Shown here in pieces: positions 46,451-56,383 of a stretch of DNA of 64,000 bases. A program made the translations under genes and the position numbers. The stretch's first letter is position 1. Each line of letters starts with the position of its first letter. Source of the DNA: Pseudomonadota bacterium (lineage in GTDB: Bacteria > Myxococcota > JACRCW01 > JAFGSX01). The notes beneath the pieces were generated by a model. The model saw only the letters and a program-made list of their open reading frames with translations, was not told the origin of the DNA and ran no database searches. The stretch is taken from contig JBDRCO010000132.1 of assembly GCA_043821645.1 (NCBI GenBank), positions 1 through 64,000 of the forward strand. The letters run 5' to 3'.

Positions 46451-48278
46451 GCCTGTGCCCCGCTCACCAGCAAGCCCCCACGCTGCACGATACCCAGGGG
46501 CACGGCGCCCAGGGGTCTTGCCATCACCACCTGTCCTTGTTGTAGCAGCTCGATGCGACCCGAGGCCAGGTCGATGCGGATCCGGTCTCCGGTCCGGACC
46601 GGCACATGGTCCAGGTCCTCGTCACAGGTCAGTACCGGAAGCCCGGCGTTGACGGCGTTGCGCCAGTAGATCGCGCCGAAGCTGCGCCCGATCACGGCCT
46701 GCACACCAAGAGCCATCAAGGCATCGACAGCCTGCTGTCGCGACGAACCGCAGCCGAAATTGGCGCCGACCCAGACCAGATCGCCGGGTTCCACCCAGGT
46801 GGGGAAATGCTCGTACCCGGCCAGGTTGCCGAAGGCGTGGGGCGCCATCTTGGCGGGCTCCGTGATGGCAAGATGCCGGTTGTGAAAGATCATGTCGGTG
46901 TCGATCCCGTCGACGGGGATCACGAACACCCGTCCCTCGAGGAGGGTCGAGTGCGGCCTGCTCGTGGTCCGGGGCTGCGTCCCGGTGACCGCGGCGGGCC
47001 GCGGCAGCCGTGAGCGGTCCACGGGCCTGCCGCGGGCCACCTCTGCCTCGTCGTGAATCGCTCCCAGGATCGCCGATGCGGCCGCCGTGGCAGGCGAGGC
47101 CAGCCACACCTGACCCTTGCCTTGCTTGCCAGAAAAATTTCGATTTCCCGTCGACACCGTGACCTCGCCGGGGCCATTCTGCCCGACCTGGCCCTCGGCA
47201 CACCCCGCACAGCCCGCGCTCGAGACCAGTGCACCGGCGCGCTTAAAGACCGCGAGCAGCCCCTCGGCGAGGGCGAGCTGCCAGATCGCGTCGGTGGCTG
47301 GAACGATCTTGAGCACCACCCCGGCGCCACCCGGTGCCCGTCGAGAACCCGGGCTGCGGCGCGCAGATCCTCGATGCGGCCGTTGGTGCAAGAACCGATG
47401 AAGCCCGCGTCGATCGGAGTGCCCCGAACCTCTGCGAGCGCCACCACATCCTCGGGGTGGCCAGGCCGAGACACCAGGGGCGCCAGCCCCTCGATATCCA
47501 CCTCGATGGACCTCAGGACATTCGCATCCGGGTCTGCGGCCACCGCCTCGACCTCACGCCCGAGGGCGCGGCCACAGTGGGCCAGGACCTCACTGCTCGG
47601 TGCGAACAGCAGGGTGATGGCACCCATCTCCGTGCCCATCGAGGCGATGGTCATGCGCGCGTCCAGACCCAGGCCGTTGACCACCTCGCCGCTGATCTCG
47701 GCGGCACAGCCAAGCAATCCGTCGGCGCCCGTCTGCTGCAGGATGCGCAGGGCGATGTCCTTGGCCGTGGCCTGGGGGCCTGGACGGCCGACCAGGATCA
47801 CCCGGACCGTGGCGGGCACCTCGAACCAGATTCGCCCCTGGGCCATGGCAGCGGCCACATCGATGTCGCCCATGCCCTGCCCGAAAGCACCGATGGCGCC
47901 CAGGATGTTGGCGTGGGAATCCGTCGACACCAGGGTGGAGCCAGGCCAGGCCATCCCCGTGTCCACGGCCAGGTGGGTGCCGATGCCGCTGCCGACGTCG
48001 AGCAAGCCGGCGCTGCGCTGACGCGCAAACATGCGGCAGCGATGCTGGTTGGCCGCGTACTTCTGATCGGACCCCGCAGGATTGCAGTCAAAGGTGAAGA
48101 AGGTTCGACCCGGATCCGCCAGCTCGAGGCCAAGCCGCTCGAGGTGACCCACCACACTGGCACCACCAAAGTCCCGGGCGACCCGGCTATCCAGCGCCAC
48201 CTCGACGATCTCGCCGGCATGAACCTCACGCCCGGCATGGGTCGACAGGATCTTCTCGATCAGCGTCCGCGCCGTCAT
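46447..48278 (-). pseudogene. Aconitase-family LeuC/HacA-like large subunit fused to a LeuD/HacB-like small subunit; frameshift near 47320 (pseudogene or sequencing error)
   Basis: Frame 1: 'TLIEKI', 'TDSH', 'GSCTN'. Frame 2: 'GCAGC', 'NRNFSG', 'LASPATAAASA', then 'DTDMI', 'NFGCGSSR'. One extra G in the minus-strand G-run at 47319-47322 joins the two frames. Confidence 0.8.
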
Positions 48279-48420
48279 GAGACCTCCGTCACCCCCGGCA
48301 GCGGCCATTTTCTAGCACGCACCCGGTCGCCTGGGCAGGGGATCCTGCACGAGACAGCCACGCCGGCGCTCGCTATGGTGCGACCGTGGCGGGCCTGCGC
48401 GTTCGCCCGTCGAGGTGTAC

Positions 48421-49584
48421 ATGCAGCGTGTCGTGGTCCAGCGTACCCGCCGCCTGCTCGCGGGTCACCCCTGGGTGTTCTCCAACGAGCTGGCCCACAG
48501 CCCGCGCGGGCTCGAGCCCGGCGGCATCGTCGAGCTGGTGGACGAACGAGATCACTTCCTGGGCATGGGCACGGCCAACCCGCGCAGCCTGATCGCGGTG
48601 CGCGTCCTCAGCCGCGAGCTCGAGACCATCGATGCGTCCTTCTTTGTCCGCCGCATCCAGACTGCCCTGGAGCGCCGCGCGCACCTGGCGCCGGATACGC
48701 GATCCGGTCGCGTGGTCTTCAGCGAGGGCGACGATCTTCCGGGACTGATCGTGGATCGCTACGGCGACTGCGTCGTGGTGCAGCTTTCCACTGCGGGCAT
48801 GGATCGCCTGCGCGAGCCCATTCTCGAGGCCATCGACCAGGTCCTGGCGCCTCGCACCGTGGTGCTGCGCAACGACAGTCGTTCGCGACTGCTCGAGGGT
48901 CTGCCGCAGGAAAAGCAGCTGATCCGTGGCTCGCTTGATCCCTTGCCGATCATCGAAGAGCTCGGCGTCCACTTCCAGGTCGATCCCCTCGACGGCCAGA
49001 AGACGGGATTCTTCTTCGATCAGCGCGAGAACCGCATCCTGTTCTCGCTGCTGGCGCGTGGCCAGCGCGCCCTGGACCTGTTTTGCTACAGCGGCGGCTG
49101 GTCGCTGCACCTCGCCGCGGCCGGGTTCCAGGTCACCGCCATCGATGAATCTGCGCGTGCCATCGCGGCGCTGCATGCCAATGCGGCACTCAACGGCTGG
49201 ACCGATCTCGTGGAGTCCATCCAGGACGACGTGTTCTCCAGGATGCCGCGGCTGGTCGCGAGCGGCGCCCGCTTCGACGCGGTGGTCGTGGACCCGCCTG
49301 CCTTCGTCAAGAGCAAGCAGAAGCTCAAGGAAGCCACGCGCGCCTACCGCACCATCAACGCCCAGGCTTTGCGGCTGGTCGAACCCGGCGGGCTGTGCGC
49401 GAGTTCGTCCTGCTCGTACCACATGACCGCCGAACTCTTCGTCGACACCCTGCGTGCCGCTGCCCAGGATGCGAGGCGCCGGGTTCGTCTGGTCGAACTG
49501 CGAGGACAGGCCACGGATCATCCCGTGCTGCTGCACGTTCCCGAGACCGCATACCTCAAATGTGCGTTGCTCGAGGTCTGGTGA
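48421..49584 (+). CDS. rlmI: RlmI/RlmK family rRNA methyltransferase
   Basis: PUA 'GHPWVFSNE', 'SEGDDLPGLIVDRY', 'GQKTGFFFDQRENR', 'DPPAF', 'YLKC'. Confidence 0.88.
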   Translation: MQRVVVQRTRRLLAGHPWVFSNELAHSPRGLEPGGIVELVDERDHFLGMGTANPRSLIAVRVLSRELETIDASFFVRRIQTALERRAHLAPDTRSGRVVFSEGDDLPGLIVDRYGDCVVVQLSTAGMDRLREPILEAIDQVLAPRTVVLRNDSRSRLLEGLPQEKQLIRGSLDPLPIIEELGVHFQVDPLDGQKTGFFFDQRENRILFSLLARGQRALDLFCYSGGWSLHLAAAGFQVTAIDESARAIAALHANAALNGWTDLVESIQDDVFSRMPRLVASGARFDAVVVDPPAFVKSKQKLKEATRAYRTINAQALRLVEPGGLCASSSCSYHMTAELFVDTLRAAAQDARRRVRLVELRGQATDHPVLLHVPETAYLKCALLEVW

Positions 49585-49673
49585 CCGCTGTCGACGTTCC
49601 GGCTGCAGGCCTTGACGCCAAGACACGAACAGGCTTCACAGGGGCCGCAGCCTCGATCTCGTCGTGAACCCCC

Positions 49674-51740
49674 TCAGCCCTCGGCCGCGAGCAGGGCCAG
49701 CATGCGCTGCTCCATCTCTTCCATGGTGAACGGCTTCTCGACGACGGGGGCCTGCGTGCGTTGCAGCAACGTCCGTTCGCGCTCGGAGAAGGCACCCCCG
49801 GTCATGAACAGCACCCGGCGCTCGAGACCCGGGAATTGCTCCTGGATCGCCGTGAGCAAGTCGACCCCTGTGCGCCCGGGCAGCATGACATCACTGATCA
49901 CGAGATCGACGCTCGCGCGACCGAGAAGTGTCAGCGCCGCATCGACGCTGGACGCCGTGAGCACGGTCCAGCGCCGCCGCAATTGACGCTCGAAAGCGCG
50001 CAGCAGGGCTTCCTCGTCGTCCACCACCAGGATGGTCCTGTGCTCGGTCGCTTCCAGCACATCCCCGGTGCGGGAGCCCTGCTCCACGACCAGAGCGCGC
50101 AGTGGCACGCGGACCTCGGCGCGCGTTCCCTGCCCGAGCACACTGTCAAAACGAAGCTCGCCGCCCAGGGCCCGGGTCACATCCCTGGCGACGAAGAGCC
50201 CGAGTCCGAGCCCCTCCCCTCCGGCGGCCAGGGAGGTGAAGGGTTCGAACACGAGCTCATGGAACTCGGGAGCGACCCCCTTCCCGTTATCCTCGACGCT
50301 CACGCAGAGCACACCGTCCTCGCGCCAGGTGCGCACGCGAACCAGGTTCTTCCCTGAGGGGGCGTCCGGGAAGGCGTGGACCGTGTTCGCGAGGAGGCAC
50401 AGCAAGATCTGGCAGACCTTGCCAAAGTTCGATCGGGTGGAGGGCAACTCTCCCAGGACGACCTCGATCCGCGCCCGTTGCTCCATCTGGTTGCGCACGA
50501 TGCGCAGGCAGGTCTCCACCGCCTCGTTGAGATCCACCACGCCGGGTCCCGAGTCATCCACTCGCGAGAAGGTCCTGAGATCGCGTGCGATGTCTCGCAG
50601 GCGCCGGGCTCCAACCAGGGAGTCCTCGAGCACCCCGCGCAGATTGGTCGAGATCTCGTCGAGAATCTCGGGATCGGGCGGCTGGCCAGGGTTCGCCGCC
50701 ATCCCGCGTGCCTGGCGCAGCACGGTCTCGATCATGCCCGAGTACTCGTCGAGGAGCGCGAGGTTGCTGAGCACACAGGCCAGGGGATTGTTGATGTCGT
50801 GCGCGACCGACGCCGCCACGCGTCCGAGGCTGGCCAGCTTGTCAGCCTGGAACAGGCGTCTCTCCAGCACGCGACGCTCGGCCTCGACGGCCAGGCGCTC
50901 GGTCAAGTCGCGAGCGACCACCAGGGTTCCGAAGTCGATCTCGGAGGTCTGCACCGATGTCAGCAGGGCCTCGATGGGAAGCTGTCCGTCACCCGGGCCG
51001 AGGAGGTGCACCTCGCAGCGCTGCACCTGCCCCGTCTCCTGAACCTGGCGCACCGCCCGGGCCCAGGCGGGTCTGTCGTCGGGTGCGATGAAGGAGTCCA
51101 CCACCGCCCCGAAGACTCTCTCCTCGTCGATGCCCAGCGCAAGCAGCCAGCCCCGGTTGAACTCGAGGATGCTGCCGTCCCGATGCACCAGTGCGGCCAG
51201 GTCCGGCGCGTGCTGGAAGAAGAACTGGTAGCGCTCGACGGCGAGCTCGAGCTGCCGCTGCAGCTCCTCGCGCAGGACCGAGAGGATCGCCTCCTGCTGG
51301 CGCTCGCTCACACCAAGGAACTCCACCCCGACGCCGGGTGGGACCTCGGCCCGCGCGCCCTGCCCCGTGGACACCCAGCGCACCGCAGCCTGGAAGCGCA
51401 GTGCGACTTCCTGGCGCTCCGGGAAGTGCACCACCACCTCGACCTCGCTGCCTATCGGTGGTGCGCGGTCCGTCGCCAGGAACAGACCTCCTCCGCTGAG
51501 GGAGAGCACCCGGGCCTCCGGATCGAAGGCGGCTCCCGCGAGCTCCGCTCGCTGTTCGGCGCGGACGCGCAGGTGGCGGCGCTTGTCGACGATGCTGCGG
51601 GGAATCGCGAGCAGCTTGTGGATCAGGTCGCGACGACGCTCCTGCCCAACCTCGTCGAGCTCACCACGCATGTTGCGGGCTTCGAGGTCGAGCAACTCCT
51701 CGACGGCTAGTCGGTAGGTGCGCTGTGCGTGATCCGTCAC
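49674..51740 (-). CDS. Hybrid sensor kinase: PilZ-PAS-HisKA-HATPase-REC
   Basis: 'RRHLRV...LSGGGLF...GVGVEF'; PAS; 'AHDINNPL'; 'DNGKG', 'GLGL'; REC 'VVDDE...SDVMLP...KPF'. Confidence 0.85.
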   Translation of the reverse strand: MTDHAQRTYRLAVEELLDLEARNMRGELDEVGQERRRDLIHKLLAIPRSIVDKRRHLRVRAEQRAELAGAAFDPEARVLSLSGGGLFLATDRAPPIGSEVEVVVHFPERQEVALRFQAAVRWVSTGQGARAEVPPGVGVEFLGVSERQQEAILSVLREELQRQLELAVERYQFFFQHAPDLAALVHRDGSILEFNRGWLLALGIDEERVFGAVVDSFIAPDDRPAWARAVRQVQETGQVQRCEVHLLGPGDGQLPIEALLTSVQTSEIDFGTLVVARDLTERLAVEAERRVLERRLFQADKLASLGRVAASVAHDINNPLACVLSNLALLDEYSGMIETVLRQARGMAANPGQPPDPEILDEISTNLRGVLEDSLVGARRLRDIARDLRTFSRVDDSGPGVVDLNEAVETCLRIVRNQMEQRARIEVVLGELPSTRSNFGKVCQILLCLLANTVHAFPDAPSGKNLVRVRTWREDGVLCVSVEDNGKGVAPEFHELVFEPFTSLAAGGEGLGLGLFVARDVTRALGGELRFDSVLGQGTRAEVRVPLRALVVEQGSRTGDVLEATEHRTILVVDDEEALLRAFERQLRRRWTVLTASSVDAALTLLGRASVDLVISDVMLPGRTGVDLLTAIQEQFPGLERRVLFMTGGAFSERERTLLQRTQAPVVEKPFTMEEMEQRMLALLAAEG

Positions 51741-51872
51741 CGGGGCCAAGCCTCCAGACCCCCAGGGAGCAGAAACCAGGGCGGCAACCCTCAAGGATAG
51801 TGTACACCAGCCGGTTCCCGTCGGCTAAGGAGCTTCTATGTCCTATACTTGCGCGGATACAGGAGGAGAAAG

Positions 51873-52919
51873 GTGACCCTGCCAGACCTGCGCATAGGCC
51901 GAAATACACTCGGCGCGCCCTACCTGCTCGCACCCATGGCTGGGCTGATCTCCGCACCTTTTCGAGGCCTGTGCATCGCACACGGCGCCACCGCGGCCCC
52001 CACAGAGCTCATCAGCGCCACCGCCCTGGCCCACCGCAATCGCAAGACCCTGGCCATGATTGCGCGCGCACCAGAGGAGCGCTGGCTGTGGGTTCAGCTC
52101 TTCGGTGCGGATCCCGGGGTCATGGCCCGGGCGGCCGAGCAGGCGGTGGATCTGGGCGCCCAGCTCATCGACGTCAACATGGGCTGCCCTGTCCGCAAGG
52201 TCACCGCAGACGGCGGCGGCGCGGCCGTGATGCAGGATCCACCGCGCGCCGCTCGCATCGTCGAGGCCATCAGGAGTGCGGTGGGCGACACCATCCCGGT
52301 GACCGCCAAGATTCGCGCGGGCTGGGACAGCGAACATGTCAACGCGCTCGAGGTCGGCCGCTTGCTCGAGCAGGTGGGCGTGGCGGCGCTGTGCCTGCAC
52401 CCGCGCACCCGGGCCCAGCGCTACGGCGGTCAGGCCGACTGGTCCCTGATCGCGGCTCTCAAGCGCGCGGTGAGGGTCCCGGTCATCGGCAATGGCGACG
52501 TGACCTGTGTCGCTGACGCCAACCGGCTGGTCGAGCAGACAGGCTGCGACGCGGTCATGGTCGGCCGGGGCGCCCTGGGTAACCCATGGATCTTCGAGGG
52601 CCTGCGCCGGGGCCAGGACGTGGAGCCCACACCCGAGGAACGCACCGCCCAGGTGCTCGAACACCTCAGACGGCTGCACCAGGAGACGGGAGATGAGGCT
52701 CGCGCGGTACAGCGCTTTCGCAGCCGCGTCATCCACTACGCCCGCGGTCTCGACGGTGGCGTGGAATTCCGGCGCAGCATCGTGCACATCGCCGACCTCG
52801 ACGGCTTGCGCGAGGCGCTGGCGACGTTCTTCTCAACAGCCCAGCGCGCCAGGGGTTTCCGGGTCGGGCGCGAGGGCGCGCTGTGGACTCCGGGTTCCGA
52901 CAACCAGGACGCGGCCTGA
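51873..52919 (+). CDS. dusB: tRNA-dihydrouridine synthase
   Basis: 'LAPMAG', 'VQLFG', 'DVNMGCP', 'KIRAGWD', 'H.RT..Q.Y.G.ADW', 'GNGD', 'GRGALGNPW'. Confidence 0.92.
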   Translation: MTLPDLRIGRNTLGAPYLLAPMAGLISAPFRGLCIAHGATAAPTELISATALAHRNRKTLAMIARAPEERWLWVQLFGADPGVMARAAEQAVDLGAQLIDVNMGCPVRKVTADGGGAAVMQDPPRAARIVEAIRSAVGDTIPVTAKIRAGWDSEHVNALEVGRLLEQVGVAALCLHPRTRAQRYGGQADWSLIAALKRAVRVPVIGNGDVTCVADANRLVEQTGCDAVMVGRGALGNPWIFEGLRRGQDVEPTPEERTAQVLEHLRRLHQETGDEARAVQRFRSRVIHYARGLDGGVEFRRSIVHIADLDGLREALATFFSTAQRARGFRVGREGALWTPGSDNQDAA

Positions 52920-52963
52920 GCGTCGACTTGTTCAGGGTCGCACCCACTGTCTACAATGCGGCC

Positions 52964-53428
52964 ATGCGCCAGACACCCCTGCTCCTCGTCGTCTTGCTGA
53001 GCGGCTGCCCCGACAGCTCCAGCACCTCCAGCTCACCCGTCGCCCAGGCCAGCGCACACCTGGTCCTGGTCGAGGCCGAGCTGGCCCAGAGCATGCGTCA
53101 GGGCACCGTGGCCCGGGACGCGTTCTGCGAGCGCGAGGTGCCTGTGCTCGAGATCCGCGGCTCTGTGCTGGAGGCGCGGTGCGGACAGGAGGCCATCCTG
53201 GACAGCGTGACCGAGGAGCGGGTCGATGGCGCCCGGCACATCCTTCGCACCAAGGATGGGCGCGAGATCGTGCTGGTGCAGGAGGGACGGCAACGCTTCC
53301 GCGTCACCGGTCACCCCTGTGGAGGCAAGGCGGCCATCCACGTCGAGTATCCCGACGCGCGCACCTACCGCGACAGCTGGCTCAAGGGCGCCTCCTGCCC
53401 CACCGAGGACATGAAGCTTGCCCACTGA
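52964..53428 (+). CDS. Hypothetical lipoprotein
   Basis: Lipobox 'LLSGC'; G/C-ending codon bias. Confidence 0.6.
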   Translation: MRQTPLLLVVLLSGCPDSSSTSSSPVAQASAHLVLVEAELAQSMRQGTVARDAFCEREVPVLEIRGSVLEARCGQEAILDSVTEERVDGARHILRTKDGREIVLVQEGRQRFRVTGHPCGGKAAIHVEYPDARTYRDSWLKGASCPTEDMKLAH

Positions 53429-53450
53429 GCCCAACGGATCGAGTACACCC

Positions 53451-54647
53451 ATGCAACGCGCGTTCTCCTTGCTGACCTTGTGTTTCCTGGCCTGCGCCAC
53501 GACGGGAGGCAAGGCCATGGTCAAGGCCGAGGAACCACCCGTGCAGGTTCTCGATCTGGGACAGGACCTGGGACAGGGCAACCTGCTGCTGGTGCAGGCC
53601 TGGGTCGACTCCACGGACTATGCCTCGACCTGGTCCCTGTCGGGCCGGCTCGAGAACTACTTCGAACAGGCCAAGAGTCAGCACTGGCTGTCCCCGAAGA
53701 CCGTGGTGGTGCTGGCCGAGCGCTGGGCGGACGGCCTGCTGTTTGCAGAAGAGGATCCAGCCGTCTACCAGGCGCGAACCCTGGACGACGCCTACAAGCT
53801 CCTGGCCAACAAGTACCTGGTCGACATCCTGCTGCGCTGGCCCGGTGCGAAGGGCGACGACCGCATTCGCAGCAGCGTGCATCAGCTCAAGGCCGAGGCC
53901 CTGCGCAAGAGCTACCAGCTGATGATGTCCAAGATCGCCCGCGAGTATGGCGTGACGCTGGTGGGGGGCTGTCTGCTCCTCCCGGCACCCCGGGTCGAGG
54001 CGGGAGAGATCGCCATCACCGTCGACAAACCCCTGCAGCGCGCCTGCTTCGTGTTCGGTCCCGACGGCCAGGTTCTGGATCCGCCCACCCTACCGCAGCA
54101 CCTGCGGGGCGACGACCGCGCCCTCGCCGAGGCCTCGAGTGCCCCCCTGCCCGTTTACCAGACCGCTGCGGGTACACTCAGACTGCTGGCAGGTGACGAC
54201 ATGTGGGTCTCGGCGAGTTCCACGCACCTTGGCGGGACCGGGCCAGAGCTGATCGTGGCGCTGCAGGATCTTCCGGTGCGCTCAGGCTGGACCCAGAGCT
54301 GGAATCCCGATGTCACGGCTGGCGATATTCAGGGTCTGCAGACCGCGGGCTTGACCTACCAGGACGCCGTCATGAAATACGGTCTCCCCGCGCGCCTGAC
54401 CCAGGCCGGGGCCGCCGCGGGCGGCGTGGTGTACCTGTCTGGACGGGCCTGGGATCGCCATCATGACGGGCAGGTCCTGGCCATCAAGGGCGACCAGGTC
54501 TCGGCGGGTCCCCGGGCCGAAGCCCCCGTCCTGGTCAACCTGTGGCTGGGTGTAGCGCCACCGCCCGAACCCGTCGTCGAACCGGAGCCCGCACCCCCGC
54601 CCAAGAAACCGGCGAAGAAAACGACCCGCAAGCGCCGCGGTTCCTGA
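53451..54647 (+). CDS. Lipoprotein with degenerate carbon-nitrogen hydrolase-like fold
   Basis: Lipobox 'FLAC'; 'VVVLAE', 'IAREYGVTLVGG', 'FVFGPDGQVL', 'PVYQT.AG.L'. Confidence 0.55.
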   Translation: MQRAFSLLTLCFLACATTGGKAMVKAEEPPVQVLDLGQDLGQGNLLLVQAWVDSTDYASTWSLSGRLENYFEQAKSQHWLSPKTVVVLAERWADGLLFAEEDPAVYQARTLDDAYKLLANKYLVDILLRWPGAKGDDRIRSSVHQLKAEALRKSYQLMMSKIAREYGVTLVGGCLLLPAPRVEAGEIAITVDKPLQRACFVFGPDGQVLDPPTLPQHLRGDDRALAEASSAPLPVYQTAAGTLRLLAGDDMWVSASSTHLGGTGPELIVALQDLPVRSGWTQSWNPDVTAGDIQGLQTAGLTYQDAVMKYGLPARLTQAGAAAGGVVYLSGRAWDRHHDGQVLAIKGDQVSAGPRAEAPVLVNLWLGVAPPPEPVVEPEPAPPPKKPAKKTTRKRRGS

Positions 54648-54666
54648 GGCCTGGGTCACGACGGAG

Positions 54667-55473
54667 TCAGGACTCCACGCTGTCGACCTGGAACAGGGCG
54701 CCGTCATCCAACCTGAGGGCCGTGAGCCGCGCTCCCCACACGCAGGCCGAATCCAGCCCCTGCACGCCGTCCGCGAGGTGAAGACCGAGCGCCGCCCAGT
54801 GTCCGAACAGTACCGGAGTGCCACGCCATGAGGCGGCGGGGTGGCGAAACCAGGGCAGGGCAACACCCTCGCTCACTGCTGGAGGACCCACCTCGTCGAG
54901 CAGGGGGACGCCGGCGAGGTCGACGCTGCGCAGCCGCGTGAGTGCCGTGAGCGCGACGACCAGCCTGTCTCGCCCCTTGAGCGCAGGGCTCCAGGCACGC
55001 CCCGCCTCCTTCTCGTAGGCTTCCAGCAATGCTGCCGCACCCTCGCCCTGCAACTCGAGTTCGATCTCGCGTGCCAACGTGGCGGCCTCGGTCACGGACC
55101 AGGCCGGCAGCAAGCCCGCGTGCACCATCACGCGCTCGGCGGTGCGATGCAGCACAGGCTGGTGCCTGAGCCATTCGATGAGGAGATCCCTGTCCGGCGC
55201 AGCCAGCACCTCGTCCAGGCTGTCGCGCTTGCGAGGCGCCCGCACCCCCAGGGCGAGGGCCAGCAGGTGCAGATCGTGGTTGCCGAGCACCAGGGTGACG
55301 ATGTCCCGATGCACAAAGACCCAGCGCAGCGCCTTCAGCGAAGCCGGGCCGCGGTTGACCAGATCGCCCACCAGCCACAGCCTGTCCCTGGTGGTCTTGA
55401 AGTCGATGCGCTCGAGCAAACGCTCGAAGCTGGCGAAGCAACCCTGGATGTCGCCTATGGCATACGTGGCCAT
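54667..55473 (-). CDS. apaH: Symmetrical bis(5'-nucleosyl)-tetraphosphatase
   Basis: 'MATYAIGDIQGC', 'GDLVNRGP', 'LGNHDLHL', 'VHAG', 'FGHWAALG', 'LDSACVWG'. Confidence 0.95.
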   Translation of the reverse strand: MATYAIGDIQGCFASFERLLERIDFKTTRDRLWLVGDLVNRGPASLKALRWVFVHRDIVTLVLGNHDLHLLALALGVRAPRKRDSLDEVLAAPDRDLLIEWLRHQPVLHRTAERVMVHAGLLPAWSVTEAATLAREIELELQGEGAAALLEAYEKEAGRAWSPALKGRDRLVVALTALTRLRSVDLAGVPLLDEVGPPAVSEGVALPWFRHPAASWRGTPVLFGHWAALGLHLADGVQGLDSACVWGARLTALRLDDGALFQVDSVES

Positions 55474-55614
55474 GCTCGTGTTGTATCGATTCACGCCACG
55501 GGCGCAAGCGCGATGATGGGCGAATCCTTCGCCGGGCAACGCGCTCTCACAGGTGACCTGCGGCTTTCAAAAAGAATGACGACGCGCCCAGCGCACACAA
55601 CCGGGGAGGACGCA

Positions 55615-56010
55615 ATGTTCGACGCAAAATTCGGTTACACACGTACCCTCGAGGGCCTGAGCTACGACGATGCCCTGGCACGCATTCCCGAGGTGCTCAA
55701 GGCCGAGGGCTTTGGCGTGCTGACCGAGATCGACGTCAAGGAGACCATGAAGAAGAAGCTCGACGTCGACTTCAGGCGGTACAAGATCCTGGGCGCCTGC
55801 AACCCATCGCTGGCCCACCAGGCCCTGAGCGCTGATCCCTTGATCGGGCTGCTGTTGCCCTGCAACGTCATCGTGTTCGAGGACGCGGGCGGCACCGTGG
55901 TGTCCTTCACCAACCCGCGCGAGCTCTTCTCCCTCGTCGACGACCCGAGGCTCGCCCCCATCGCCGAACAGGTCGACCAGAAGCTCAAGCGTGCCCTCGA
56001 AGCCCTGTGA
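55615..56010 (+). CDS. DUF302 domain protein
   Basis: 'GFGVLTEIDV', 'ILGACNP', 'LLLPCNV'; GGAGG upstream. Confidence 0.9.
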   Translation: MFDAKFGYTRTLEGLSYDDALARIPEVLKAEGFGVLTEIDVKETMKKKLDVDFRRYKILGACNPSLAHQALSADPLIGLLLPCNVIVFEDAGGTVVSFTNPRELFSLVDDPRLAPIAEQVDQKLKRALEAL

Positions 56011-56022
56011 TCGGCCCGCCGC

Positions 56023-56232
56023 TCAGGACTGGACCGCGAACCTGAGCACAGCGCCATTGGGCATGAGCTCGCGCCGCGGCGTTTCACCACGCTGCCGGCA
56101 GCGGTAGCGCTCGCAGCACGCGAAGGTACCGTCGCAGTAGTTGATCCTGAACACGGTCAACGTGCCCTGGTGCTTGAACTGCGAATACATCGGACAGTCT
56201 TCCAGATAGGGACAACTTGGATCGGAGCCCAT
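56023..56232 (-). CDS. Small Cys-rich hypothetical protein
   Basis: 69 aa with six Cys; GGAGG RBS upstream. Confidence 0.65.
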   Translation of the reverse strand: MGSDPSCPYLEDCPMYSQFKHQGTLTVFRINYCDGTFACCERYRCRQRGETPRRELMPNGAVLRFAVQS

Positions 56233-56383
56233 GAGGCCTCCTCTCCCCCGAAAAATCCCCGTGCGGGTAAGCGTACACGCTTGCAGCCTGGACGAGGGTG
56301 CGTGGGCTGTCTATTTTGTAAATATTATCGCTTAGCTTTTTTCTAATAGTTAGCCAGAGTAAGCAAAGAGCGGACGCGCGGTC

